This document shows, in pieces, positions 6,680 through 15,794 of a stretch of 64,000 nt of DNA. The translations under genes and the position numbers were made by a program. Location of the stretch: IMG/VR virus record IMGVR_UViG_3300025723_000029. The stretch is one strand, 5' to 3'. Numbering within the stretch: the stretch's first letter is position 1; each line of letters opens with the position of its first letter. The DNA is from an uncultured virus (IMG/VR IMGVR_UViG_3300025723_000029) (taxonomy: Duplodnaviria; Heunggongvirae; Uroviricota; Caudoviricetes). The notes beneath the pieces were generated by a model. That model saw nothing but the letters and a program-made list of their open reading frames with translations. It ran no database searches and was not told where the DNA came from.

Positions 6680-9038
6680 CCAACCAGGCCCAGTCGTAGC
6701 TTTTACGAAGCTCGTCAAAATTCCCACCAACTTCCTCATAGTATTCCACAGCATCTTGAGCACCCAAACTGCTCCACTGAGCATTGACTCCTGTGCCGTT
6801 GGCACACCAACGATTGAGTCGATATTGACTTTCTACATCATCACTGCCTTTTAGTTTCAACGCTTCACGAAACGCCGTACGCCATGCCATCCAGGGCGTA
6901 TGGGCATATTCGGCTGTGCCTGACAGTATTGGCACAACTTCGTGTGCCGAGTCTAGTGTAAAGTCTAAACCCACTCCAGGATTGTCTAACACCAATTGCT
7001 TGTTGTAGGCAATCATGGCCTGGTGACCATAAGTCAATCCATTTGTTGGATTGAATGCCTGGAAGATATAGTGTTTGGGCATCTGCATACGGTCCGGTTG
7101 CCACGACCAATCAAAATTCTTATTAACACGCAATTTGGCAAATACCGCAAAGAACCAAGGTGTCGCACTGAGTCGGGCTGCTGCATGGTAAGCAGCCACA
7201 CGCCCATTAACTCCGCTACTACGTTCTATGCGTTGGTTGGTAAACATATGGCAGTCGCCAAGATATTTCCAATTTTCTTCTGCGTTGGGTTCGCCGTTGT
7301 CAATGAACACTATGTCTAGTGGGTGATCCTGGCATACGCCGCGCTGTGAGCGGTCTATGTGCTTGTAATCGTACAACTGCGTGCGTATGCTGGCCTTGGC
7401 CACTCTAGGCACTACGACTGCACCGGCACCGGCCGACAGCGGTACTATGGTTTTGGTTTCACTGCGCCATAATGGTACAACCGGTATTCGATCGGGCGTG
7501 TCAGCCACTGTGAACAGGGCCAACGGGCCTAGCCAATCCTGTGTTTTGACTGCTGGCACATGCGAATCCAGATCATGCACGATTACAGGCATGGCTCGTC
7601 GTGGCACAGATCGATCAACAAAATTCACATCGTACCATTCCAGCAGCTGGCAGTTCTGGGCACGATCCACAAAGCTGGGCACATGCATGAAAAACGTGTC
7701 TCCAAACTTTTGATCATCGCTGGCAAACACATGCAACATGGAGGCTTGCCATTGTTCAGGATGCCAGGAAAAATCAAAGTCCCGATAGTCGCAGATGCTG
7801 GAACAGATCCACACAAATTCATGTTGGTGTTGTATATTTCGTGCCAGTCGCAACAGGGTGTCTAGATAATTGTCAAAATAGCGCACTGTCTTTGTGGTAT
7901 CTGGAATCTGTCCAGCATGACCGTCCAGGTGATCTATTTCGTAGATGGCAGTGGCCACACGTTCGGTACGTATGCGTATCTGATCCACAAACTTGATTTC
8001 GGTGGCGTCTGGCATCACATACCTAGGACCACCGGTCCTTTGATGTTGCGTACCAAACTGATAGATGTAGGGGTCATCTGTGTCATCTGGATGCCAGGTA
8101 AAATCAAATGAGTCGGTGTCGACTCCGTCGGGTATGGTCCATTTGTCCTGATCAACTGAAATCTTGGCAACCCGAGGCCGAGACACATACTTGATTGTGT
8201 CAGCGTCTGGCATCACATACCTAGGACCACCGGTCCTTTGATGCTGTGTACCAAACTGATAGATGTAGGGCGGGTCTCCTGGATCGGGACACCAGGTGAA
8301 ATCGAACGAGTCGGTGTCGACTCCATCCGGTATGGTCCATTTGACCTGATCTGGTATCAATTGAGCCCGTGGATGATTCATGTACTTGCGCTTGGTAGCA
8401 CCGGGCACATGATATTCCACAGTGGGCATTGTGACTGCCGGCCACCACTGATTGCCAAACACATAGATCAAGGGCGGGTCTCCTGGATCGGGTACCCAGC
8501 TGTAGTCCCATTCGCAGTCGTGCAGAGTATGCCAGTGATTGGTGTGACGTTCGGGCAATCGAGCACATGGGTCAAAAATGTATTTGCGCTCGGTAGCACC
8601 AGGCACATGATATTCCACAGTGGGCATGCGATTGGCTGGCCACCATTGATTGCCAAACACGTATTGATAAGGCGGGTCATGCGGATGCGGATGCCAGGTA
8701 CAGTCAAACTGCACACCTGATATTATGTTGTGGAAGTGGTCTGGCCTAGACTGATTGGGTATGATTTTGGTATGGAATTTGTACTCAACCTGTTGTACAT
8801 GTGTGGGTACCAGATAGGTGCCCGAGAACGCATGGTGCTGACTGGGCCAGGTGTGAGTGTATTGGCTTTCCCACGGCACTGGTTCAAATAAAAAATCGAA
8901 CCCAGTGTAGTCGCTTAAATAATTTATCCACCAAAAATATCTGGTCCTGCTCAATTGCCTGGCATGCTCAAGATCATGGGTTGCCCGCTCATGCACAAAC
9001 AGATTTGGTTTAACACCGGAATAGAATACATCAAACAT
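6636..9038 (-). CDS. multi-domain glycosyltransferase-like protein with internal ~66-aa repeats and a degenerate GT-A C-terminal domain
   Basis: C-terminal ~230 aa aligns by eye with 25581..26510 (DIVF.D..EP..EENW, GV.G..AA..AAA, NGL.YG, AWR..FRE..K); repeated (F/W)D(F/Y/W)xWxP motif. Confidence 0.75.
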   Translation of the reverse strand: MFDVFYSGVKPNLFVHERATHDLEHARQLSRTRYFWWINYLSDYTGFDFLFEPVPWESQYTHTWPSQHHAFSGTYLVPTHVQQVEYKFHTKIIPNQSRPDHFHNIISGVQFDCTWHPHPHDPPYQYVFGNQWWPANRMPTVEYHVPGATERKYIFDPCARLPERHTNHWHTLHDCEWDYSWVPDPGDPPLIYVFGNQWWPAVTMPTVEYHVPGATKRKYMNHPRAQLIPDQVKWTIPDGVDTDSFDFTWCPDPGDPPYIYQFGTQHQRTGGPRYVMPDADTIKYVSRPRVAKISVDQDKWTIPDGVDTDSFDFTWHPDDTDDPYIYQFGTQHQRTGGPRYVMPDATEIKFVDQIRIRTERVATAIYEIDHLDGHAGQIPDTTKTVRYFDNYLDTLLRLARNIQHQHEFVWICSSICDYRDFDFSWHPEQWQASMLHVFASDDQKFGDTFFMHVPSFVDRAQNCQLLEWYDVNFVDRSVPRRAMPVIVHDLDSHVPAVKTQDWLGPLALFTVADTPDRIPVVPLWRSETKTIVPLSAGAGAVVVPRVAKASIRTQLYDYKHIDRSQRGVCQDHPLDIVFIDNGEPNAEENWKYLGDCHMFTNQRIERSSGVNGRVAAYHAAARLSATPWFFAVFAKLRVNKNFDWSWQPDRMQMPKHYIFQAFNPTNGLTYGHQAMIAYNKQLVLDNPGVGLDFTLDSAHEVVPILSGTAEYAHTPWMAWRTAFREALKLKGSDDVESQYRLNRWCANGTGVNAQWSSLGAQDAVEYYEEVGGNFDELRKSYDWAWLASYALLKRNLTQYQ
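8005..8343. repeat. direct repeat pair, ~140 nt, 198-nt period
   Basis: gcgtctggcatcacatacctaggaccaccggtcctttgatg at 8005 and 8203; encodes KWTIPDGVDTDSFDFTW...YIYQFGTQHQRTGGPRYVMPDA twice. Confidence 0.9.
8383..8665. repeat. direct repeat pair, 198-nt period
   Basis: ggtagcacc(g/a)ggcacatgatattccacagtgggcat in units starting 8383 and 8581; encodes YVFGNQWWPA..MPTVEYHVPGAT.RKY twice. Confidence 0.9.
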
Positions 9039-9039
9039 A

Positions 9040-10146
9040 ATGATTAGAATAGACGAGATTTATAACAATACTGTTTGGCCTTGGTTAAAACAAAATCGAC
9101 CTGGCATGCGAGTTTTTTGTTGCACTCCATTTGGACGAAGTGATCCGAGCAGTGTGATTAATTATGGTCGGACCGACATATACGAACTTAATTATACATT
9201 ATTTTTTGATGTGCAACCAATTGATTTGGATATACACAGTGCCACCTTTGATGAAGTACAGCGAGGTAGGAGCCGAGACATACACCGTCGTTCTCAAGTA
9301 CCTGTTGGATCCATAGTCACCAGCGAAAAAGACAGTGACAGTGTGGCCGAGGTGTGCAAGTTATATAGATGGACCAGCTATTACTATTTCTTTTGGGGAT
9401 GGGCTAGCTTGGACTGGTACCGTGGCTACGACCGCACATTCTTGATAACGCCACCAGAACAACGTACCATCACTCGAACATTCCTGTCGCCCAATCGCAT
9501 AATTGGCGGCACCCGTCGCCACCGCCTGCTCATGCTGTATCACATTTTCAAGCGTGGCATGACCAACAACTGGTTCAGTTGTCCGGCAGTGTGTCCAGAC
9601 GAACATGTCAGTGTACACGACATGGTGCGCCAATTTTCCAACATATATCCAGACATAGAGACTGTGTTTGCTGAACAAACATTTCCCATTGCTTTTCCCA
9701 ACGAAACCGATGCACCCATGACTTCGTGCTGGTTGACTCTGTTTGAAGAAAGTGCCGACAGCTTGTTGTATCTGGTCACAGAAACAGTAGCTACCGGTCG
9801 TAGATTGCACCTGACTGAAAAATCTTTCAAACCCATTTGCATGCGTATGCCATTTATCATAGTTGGCACAGCCGGCAGCCTGCGTCATCTGCGCAGTTAC
9901 GGATTCAAAACATTTGGAGATCTCTGGGACGAAAGCTATGATCTTGAAACTGATGATGTGCGACGTGTTGAACGAATCGCCGACCTGTTGGAACAGTTGG
10001 ATTGCATGACTGTGACCCAAAAACAAGCCCTGTTCGATCAAGCCCGTCCTATCATAGAACACAACTACCAACATTTTTATCAAGGCGGATTTGAATCGGT
10101 GTTGTGGCAAGAACTTACTGCGATGCTGGAGTCCATGAGTGTTTAA
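9040..10146 (+). CDS. GT10-like (GT-B) putative glycosyltransferase, paralog 1
   Basis: LYLVTET...LTEKSFKP...PFIIVG...LRSYGFKTF...WDESYD resembles the fucosyltransferase E..TEK..P..G motif. Confidence 0.65.
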   Translation: MIRIDEIYNNTVWPWLKQNRPGMRVFCCTPFGRSDPSSVINYGRTDIYELNYTLFFDVQPIDLDIHSATFDEVQRGRSRDIHRRSQVPVGSIVTSEKDSDSVAEVCKLYRWTSYYYFFWGWASLDWYRGYDRTFLITPPEQRTITRTFLSPNRIIGGTRRHRLLMLYHIFKRGMTNNWFSCPAVCPDEHVSVHDMVRQFSNIYPDIETVFAEQTFPIAFPNETDAPMTSCWLTLFEESADSLLYLVTETVATGRRLHLTEKSFKPICMRMPFIIVGTAGSLRHLRSYGFKTFGDLWDESYDLETDDVRRVERIADLLEQLDCMTVTQKQALFDQARPIIEHNYQHFYQGGFESVLWQELTAMLESMSV

Positions 10147-11368
10147 TTTTGTTTTTGATCGGCGCAACGACAGCCGCCCATATCCCAATCTGGCACCCAT
10201 GATGGATAACCCACACGATACCTATCACGGCATGGGCGACACTTACCCACGTATAGCACCTTGTCGGTTGTTGTTGTACTGTGCCGATCATGGGTATCCG
10301 TGTGCTGTCGGCTATACGGACGAGCCGTTACCGCCCGATGCATTTTATCCAGTTGGTTTGGCCTGGTTTGATTATTCAATCGATTATTTTGCCATGATTC
10401 CGTCCTCTACCATGGCCCACATACAGGCTGGCCGGTTGAAAATATTGTTTTACTATCACGAAGGCGACAATCCTTTTCGAGAACGTGAGCGATTGGATAA
10501 CCTATGTGCCATGCACGGGTTAAGTGTGGATTCTTATCGATTTGTATCAGGTAATACTCAAGCAGACAGCATGGATCGTTTTGTATATTTTCCAGACCAC
10601 GAATTGTTCTACTGGCGCAACGGTGTGCGCTGGAACGGGCACGACCGTCCACGAGCCCAGGCACACGATCAGCCACGTGGCAGACAGTTCACCATGCTGA
10701 GTCGTATCCACAAATGGTGGCGTGCCACCATAGTCAGTCTATTCCACCAGCGGGGATTGCTGTCACAGGCCTACTGGAGCTACGGTGATGTCACTATAGG
10801 TGATCGATTCGAAGATAACCCGATACAGCTGAGTCGTTTCGCTGGCCTGGAATCTCGCATGCAAGAGTTTTTATCCGGTGGTCCTTATCGGTGTGATGAT
10901 CTCACTGCCGAAGAACACAACAGCCATTGGGTCTTGGCCGAATATCTTTATTCCGACAGCTATTGCAGTTTTGTGATGGAAACTCTGTACGATGCCGAGC
11001 AAAGCGGTGGCGCTTTTATAACTGAAAAAACATTCAAGGCCATATTGAATGCGCATCCTTTTGTGATATTTGGTTGTCCAGGCACTTTGGCTATCTTGCG
11101 AAAATTGGGCTATAGGACCTTTGACACATACCTAGATAACTCGTACGATGCAGAAAACCACAATACAGAAAGATTCATCCGGACCATGAATACTGTGCAA
11201 CACCTGCTGAGTCTTGATCTACACGCATGGTATCAACAGTGCTTGCCAGATATCTTGCACAATCAAGCCTTGTTTGTGTCAAGCAAATACGATCGCTTGC
11301 ATGAGCTCAGCTGTAAACTTTTATCCTGTACAGGCGTTCAAATCGATCAGCATCTGCTCGATCATTGA
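10139..11368 (+). CDS. GT10-like putative glycosyltransferase, paralog 2
   Basis: SFVMET...FITEKTFKA...HPFVIFG...LRKLGYRTF...DNSYD; GTG start. Confidence 0.65.
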   Translation: MFNFVFDRRNDSRPYPNLAPMMDNPHDTYHGMGDTYPRIAPCRLLLYCADHGYPCAVGYTDEPLPPDAFYPVGLAWFDYSIDYFAMIPSSTMAHIQAGRLKILFYYHEGDNPFRERERLDNLCAMHGLSVDSYRFVSGNTQADSMDRFVYFPDHELFYWRNGVRWNGHDRPRAQAHDQPRGRQFTMLSRIHKWWRATIVSLFHQRGLLSQAYWSYGDVTIGDRFEDNPIQLSRFAGLESRMQEFLSGGPYRCDDLTAEEHNSHWVLAEYLYSDSYCSFVMETLYDAEQSGGAFITEKTFKAILNAHPFVIFGCPGTLAILRKLGYRTFDTYLDNSYDAENHNTERFIRTMNTVQHLLSLDLHAWYQQCLPDILHNQALFVSSKYDRLHELSCKLLSCTGVQIDQHLLDH

Positions 11369-12758
11369 CCATGGGTTCGCCTCGTATATTAAGGCTAGTG
11401 TTGAGTAGCAGAGGACAATCGGTTGCTTTATACCAAGCTTCTAACAGTCGTCTAATGCCCGAATTTCCCGGGGGCACAGTTTGAACACGACTGGTTCCAT
11501 CACGGTGGACAATGGCAGGATAAAGATCAGGACGTAGGCATCGTGCCACGACCTGCATGTAACCGGTATCTACCCAGCCTTGGGGCATGTCAAAATAACT
11601 ATCAACATGTTCGGCCAAAATAATCGGAGCAAACGGGCGGAATTGTTGTCTACGCTTGATGGCATTGACCAGATCTTTTATGTCCGTTCCTCGTGGATCC
11701 GCGAGGAGACTTCGGTTGCCCAGTGCCCGCGGCCCAAATTCTGCCGCTCCAGATGCAACACCACAGAGTCTATCAACCAGTAGACTGTGGACAACGGCAT
11801 CAACAGGATACTGGCCGTCAATGATGTGACCCAGGTATGCATGTTCAAATTGGATTCTTCCTCGGTGGGCCAAGGCTGCTGCACCAAGACTGCTACCACC
11901 ATCGCCAGGACAAGGCATGATCCAAATCTTTTCAAAGTACTCATCCAATCTCCTATTGGCCAAACAGTTGAGGGCAACACCGCCCGAATATACCAAATTT
12001 GAACTCCACCCAAACGCTTGAGCTTGACGCATGATCGTATATATCATATTTTCGCAAACTTGTTGCGCACTGGCGGCAATATCCTCATCTCGGGCCGATT
12101 CTAGGAAATTTGGATCCAGACCTGCATGTAGATTTTGATCGGTCAACTTGGTCAGCTCGGCTGTGTATCTGGGTTGACCCCAGGCGGCCATGCCCATGGT
12201 GATGTATTCTTCATCCATGGGGTGCAGGCCCAATCGATCAGTCACGGCACTGTAAAACAGTCCTATACTGCGCGGATAGCGTTGTCGCCACAGTCTGCGA
12301 TATCGAGCACGACCACGATCGTAGTCAGCGGCCCATATGGTCGCAGTGTCCCATTCACCTACCGCATCAATCACGACCACAGTGGCGCGATCAAATGGGC
12401 TGGTCTGGAATCCACCGGCTGCATGACTGAGATGATGATCATGTGTGCTGACAGGAACGCCCGGAAAATGACCCTGTAGTTGTTTTCGCATGATCTGTCG
12501 CGCTGTGAGTTTTGACCACTCAACGCCTTGTCCGCTGTAGAACTGTCGAATCTGTTTGAGCCACGGTCGTTCGTAATAGGCTATGTGGTCAATGTGTCGG
12601 CCGCGGGCCAGGTCCTGGATCAGGTCAGCATGTATGTCAGGATCATTTTTGCGTTTGCTATAACGCTCGCTGTGTCCGGCAAACAAGATCTTGCCTTGTG
12701 CGTCGATTACTGATACCGTGGCATCATGGAATCCGGCACTAATTCCCAAGATGTTCAT
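11307..12758 (-). CDS. O-carbamoyltransferase (NodU/CmcH/TobZ family)
   Basis: ILGISAGFHDA, ERYSKRK, HHLSHAA, DAVGE, MGMAAWG, GGVALNC, EFGPRALGNRS, FRPFAP, DGTSRVQTV, LLNTSLN..GEP. Confidence 0.95.
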   Translation of the reverse strand: MNILGISAGFHDATVSVIDAQGKILFAGHSERYSKRKNDPDIHADLIQDLARGRHIDHIAYYERPWLKQIRQFYSGQGVEWSKLTARQIMRKQLQGHFPGVPVSTHDHHLSHAAGGFQTSPFDRATVVVIDAVGEWDTATIWAADYDRGRARYRRLWRQRYPRSIGLFYSAVTDRLGLHPMDEEYITMGMAAWGQPRYTAELTKLTDQNLHAGLDPNFLESARDEDIAASAQQVCENMIYTIMRQAQAFGWSSNLVYSGGVALNCLANRRLDEYFEKIWIMPCPGDGGSSLGAAALAHRGRIQFEHAYLGHIIDGQYPVDAVVHSLLVDRLCGVASGAAEFGPRALGNRSLLADPRGTDIKDLVNAIKRRQQFRPFAPIILAEHVDSYFDMPQGWVDTGYMQVVARCLRPDLYPAIVHRDGTSRVQTVPPGNSGIRRLLEAWYKATDCPLLLNTSLNIRGEPMVNDRADADRFERLYRIKVYS

Positions 12759-13383
12759 AAATTTTGTTTGCTATTTGTTGGTGCCCTGCATCGGTTGGAT
12801 GCCCGCCATAGGCCCGTGATTTACCGGCAATTTCGTTCATGCCAAATTGATCCCAGCCTATAAAATAATCTGTGTCGATCAACCGAGACAGTTGATCGTG
12901 TTGTTCTTGTCCTACCTGTCTATAGTAGTTTTTGTATGCAATATCAATCATGCGATATTTTATATCATGTGCTTGAAAATATGACTGTAACGATATTACT
13001 TGTATTAAATATTGTTCGTAAAGATATTCCGGACTGTGATGCTGATTGATATATGTTATCAAATCTGTACGCCAGGGGTGATCTTCTGTAAATTTATTTG
13101 GTATAACCACTCCGGGCCATATGTCGTAGGCCACTCCGATTGCGTCTTTCCATTCTATTCTGCCCGGATTGGTCCATCCGATAATGACCAAATCGTAACT
13201 GTTGATTGCCAATTCCTCTAGTGTGCGTCTCAGTATGCTGGTGTTACTGATACCCGATTGTCCCTTATTTTGTACTTCGTAAGTCAACCTATCTGCCAAA
13301 CGGTAAGGCCATGCCTGGTATCGATCTGTCAGTTCGTCACCGTAGGTATAACTATCGCCCACTGTTAATAATTGTTTTTTCAT
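12739..13383 (-). CDS. SGNH/GDSL hydrolase-like protein
   Basis: GDSYTYG block I, NKGQSGISN block II, GGHP..GH C-terminal His; start moved to ATG 13383 (ATGA overlap). Confidence 0.75.
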   Translation of the reverse strand: MKKQLLTVGDSYTYGDELTDRYQAWPYRLADRLTYEVQNKGQSGISNTSILRRTLEELAINSYDLVIIGWTNPGRIEWKDAIGVAYDIWPGVVIPNKFTEDHPWRTDLITYINQHHSPEYLYEQYLIQVISLQSYFQAHDIKYRMIDIAYKNYYRQVGQEQHDQLSRLIDTDYFIGWDQFGMNEIAGKSRAYGGHPTDAGHQQIANKIYEHLGN

Positions 13384-13481
13384 TTGTATATAAATGGATC
13401 GCGTTTGCGCAATTCCCGAAGCTTTCGACGATAGCGTATTTCCAGTCGTATGCGATTGTAAATATTTTTTATCCAAGACAT
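13380..13481 (-). CDS. 33-aa basic peptide, SxtK/DUF5989-like carbamoyltransferase companion
   Basis: MSWIKNIYNRIRLEIRYRRKLRELRKRDPFIYK; PFIY C-terminus; fills the gap with overlaps on both sides. Confidence 0.55.
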   Translation of the reverse strand: MSWIKNIYNRIRLEIRYRRKLRELRKRDPFIYK

Positions 13482-14521
13482 TGTATTTGCAGTTCCTTGT
13501 AGTTGATGTCCCACCAATGGTAAGGATATTCGGCCTGTGTTGTACTGGTGCGTATGGCAGACACATTCAGATGCGTATTTAATACTGCCCAAATCTTCCT
13601 GTAATCTTGTGTGCCAAAACTACGAATCAGATCCACCTGTGCCACCCGGGGGTGACCAATGGTTAGTGCAGGATCTTCAGGATCAAGTCCGTTGCTGATC
13701 AACCAGTCACGAAACTCAGCCAGCTGTTTCTTTTGCCATTCATAGGCGCCAGGATTGTTGGCCCATTCGATATCAAAGTCTCCGGCAGCTTCGGTCTGAC
13801 TGGACAAGGTGGTCGTGGTCAATTCGCCTATCCTGCTGTCACGTCCTTCATCCTGGAACACTTCCCAATGATGTTTGCCCACGGCCTTGTTCACGCCCAC
13901 ATACACTGCGCCCAGCGATCGATTGATGGTGTCTATACCAAACAGTTCCAGATCTGCTGATTCCAGTTTGAATCTGGGTGCCTGTAGCCAACACATCAGC
14001 TGGCTGGGTCTTTGCCACTCAGGGGCGGTATGCTTTTTTCTCCAGCTCAAGGCCCAGCTTTCAAATTCATGACACAGACCATTCAACTGTCTGATATGCC
14101 AGCGTGTGTTGGCATCAGCTGCTGAATAGTATGCGCTGATACGACCGCTCTGCCCTTGCAGATCTTCAAAATATCTGTGCAAGCGATTCAATCGATCATG
14201 ATTTAACTCAAAATTGCCATCTATTAGATCTGTTACATAAAACACATCCTGTATCGAATATGCTATGCCACTGGCATTTATAGCCGCAATACTGGCATTG
14301 ATCTGATCACACAGATACTGACCATTACGTGCCGAATCTGCAAATCCAAACCAGCAGTAATTTTTTTCCAGGTGATAATTGTTCAATAACAAATGATCAA
14401 GAGCTAGCAACCATTTGCGACTCAGGCTGTTGTCGGCCACATCTAGGTACAGAGTAACTGTTTCTTGTGCGGCGGGCAGGCCCAGATCTATTTCTATACA
14501 GTCAAGTGGGGATTGAGTCAT
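13469..14521 (-). CDS. hypothetical protein in the modification cluster
   Basis: 350-aa ORF overlapping both neighbours; no recognised motif. Confidence 0.8.
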   Translation of the reverse strand: MTQSPLDCIEIDLGLPAAQETVTLYLDVADNSLSRKWLLALDHLLLNNYHLEKNYCWFGFADSARNGQYLCDQINASIAAINASGIAYSIQDVFYVTDLIDGNFELNHDRLNRLHRYFEDLQGQSGRISAYYSAADANTRWHIRQLNGLCHEFESWALSWRKKHTAPEWQRPSQLMCWLQAPRFKLESADLELFGIDTINRSLGAVYVGVNKAVGKHHWEVFQDEGRDSRIGELTTTTLSSQTEAAGDFDIEWANNPGAYEWQKKQLAEFRDWLISNGLDPEDPALTIGHPRVAQVDLIRSFGTQDYRKIWAVLNTHLNVSAIRTSTTQAEYPYHWWDINYKELQIQCLG

Positions 14522-15794
14522 ACCATTTTCTTATGTCAGGATCCTGGCCCAAGATATCTGCCAAGTTGTAGCTGTCGCCACGTATACGTTCTAATTGTAG
14601 CACACGCCGCTTGCCTTTTGCAAGAGATTCCTGCCAGGTATCTGGCCATTGTTGTTCAAACGTGGGACGATTCTGCAACTGTTCCAGCACAGCTCGCATG
14701 GCTCCGTCTGTGACCGGTATCAGTTCTGACAATTTTCGATCCAACAGGGCCCTGGGCAGAGCCAGCGGACTCAGTATGATGTCGGGTCCAAAGCTGAAAA
14801 CCACTTTGGCTAGTATTTCGGTGTCGTGTTCGCGTGCAAGTCGCACAATGTTTTCAACTTCAAACAGTCCGGGCAAGGTGAGTGTAAAATCAAGTCGGAC
14901 CTGGCGGCTGTGACGTCTGAGGTCAACTGCTCGAGCGAAATTTGCAAGCCATGAATCGTATCGGAGGCCTGTTCTAATATACTCGCCTGTTTTCGCCGTG
15001 CCGTCCAGGCTTGCACAGATCTGATAATCTCGAACATGAGCAAGAATATCGTCAAAAAGATCAATGCCGCGATAATGACATCGGCTGAGATTGGTATTGT
15101 ATCTGGCATAGACTCTGGGACCGTCACCTAATTCGATTATGCGTTGCATGTAGCGCCAGTGTTGTTCATACATGAGTGGTTCTCCACCCACCCAATATAT
15201 TTCCTCAACACGGTGTTGCTCGACAGCTTGACTAAATTCAGCTTCAATCACGCTGTCTTGAAACGCAGTAATCTTCTCCTTGGTTTCAGGACGCATCCAA
15301 GCGTTCTTGGAATTGGTCCAGTCTATCATGGCATGTTCGCGTTGCTCGCTTTCCCAAGCACTTGACAACATGTCACCGCACATGCGGCATTTGAAATTGC
15401 ACAAATTGGTAAAACGATAATCCCAGCTGACCGGTTGCATGTGTGTATGGCCGTCAGCGTCAGTCATCTGCATGGCTTCCAAATACTTATGTCCAAACAG
15501 ATGATTGAAATAGCTACGGTAAACATCGGTATTGAGCAAGCGGTCGTTGCATACCTCGCACTCGGGCAAGGTCTCGCCTGCCATCATGCGTCTGCGCACC
15601 GATCGCATGTGATCGCTGTTCCAGTGTTGGTCCAGAGTGACCGGAGTGTAGATGCCGGTGCCGGTCGCAGTGTCTATGTACTGTTCAAAACTCTGCGCCG
15701 GTTCTCGGCTGGCACAGCACATTCTTCGCTCGGTCTGTGGGCTGAGATAGGTGTGGGTCCAAGGTGCCATGCACAGGGTGTCAGGTTTTGCCAT
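14502..15794 (-). CDS. radical SAM enzyme with N-terminal twitch/SPASM-like domain (RS-5)
   Basis: CMAPW...CC...CEVC, then CNFKCRMC and GGEPL; start 15794 or 15800. Confidence 0.9.
   Translation of the reverse strand: MAKPDTLCMAPWTHTYLSPQTERRMCCASREPAQSFEQYIDTATGTGIYTPVTLDQHWNSDHMRSVRRRMMAGETLPECEVCNDRLLNTDVYRSYFNHLFGHKYLEAMQMTDADGHTHMQPVSWDYRFTNLCNFKCRMCGDMLSSAWESEQREHAMIDWTNSKNAWMRPETKEKITAFQDSVIEAEFSQAVEQHRVEEIYWVGGEPLMYEQHWRYMQRIIELGDGPRVYARYNTNLSRCHYRGIDLFDDILAHVRDYQICASLDGTAKTGEYIRTGLRYDSWLANFARAVDLRRHSRQVRLDFTLTLPGLFEVENIVRLAREHDTEILAKVVFSFGPDIILSPLALPRALLDRKLSELIPVTDGAMRAVLEQLQNRPTFEQQWPDTWQESLAKGKRRVLQLERIRGDSYNLADILGQDPDIRKWYDSIPT

Noticed and set aside
8005..8665. Repeats considered as a CRISPR array or DGR template/variable pair
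   Set aside because: In-frame coding duplications with a 198-nt period; no spacer pattern, differences not adenine-specific, and no reverse transcriptase or cas gene in the window
9361..10200. 279-aa minus-strand ORF
   Set aside because: Antisense to a well-supported GT10-like gene
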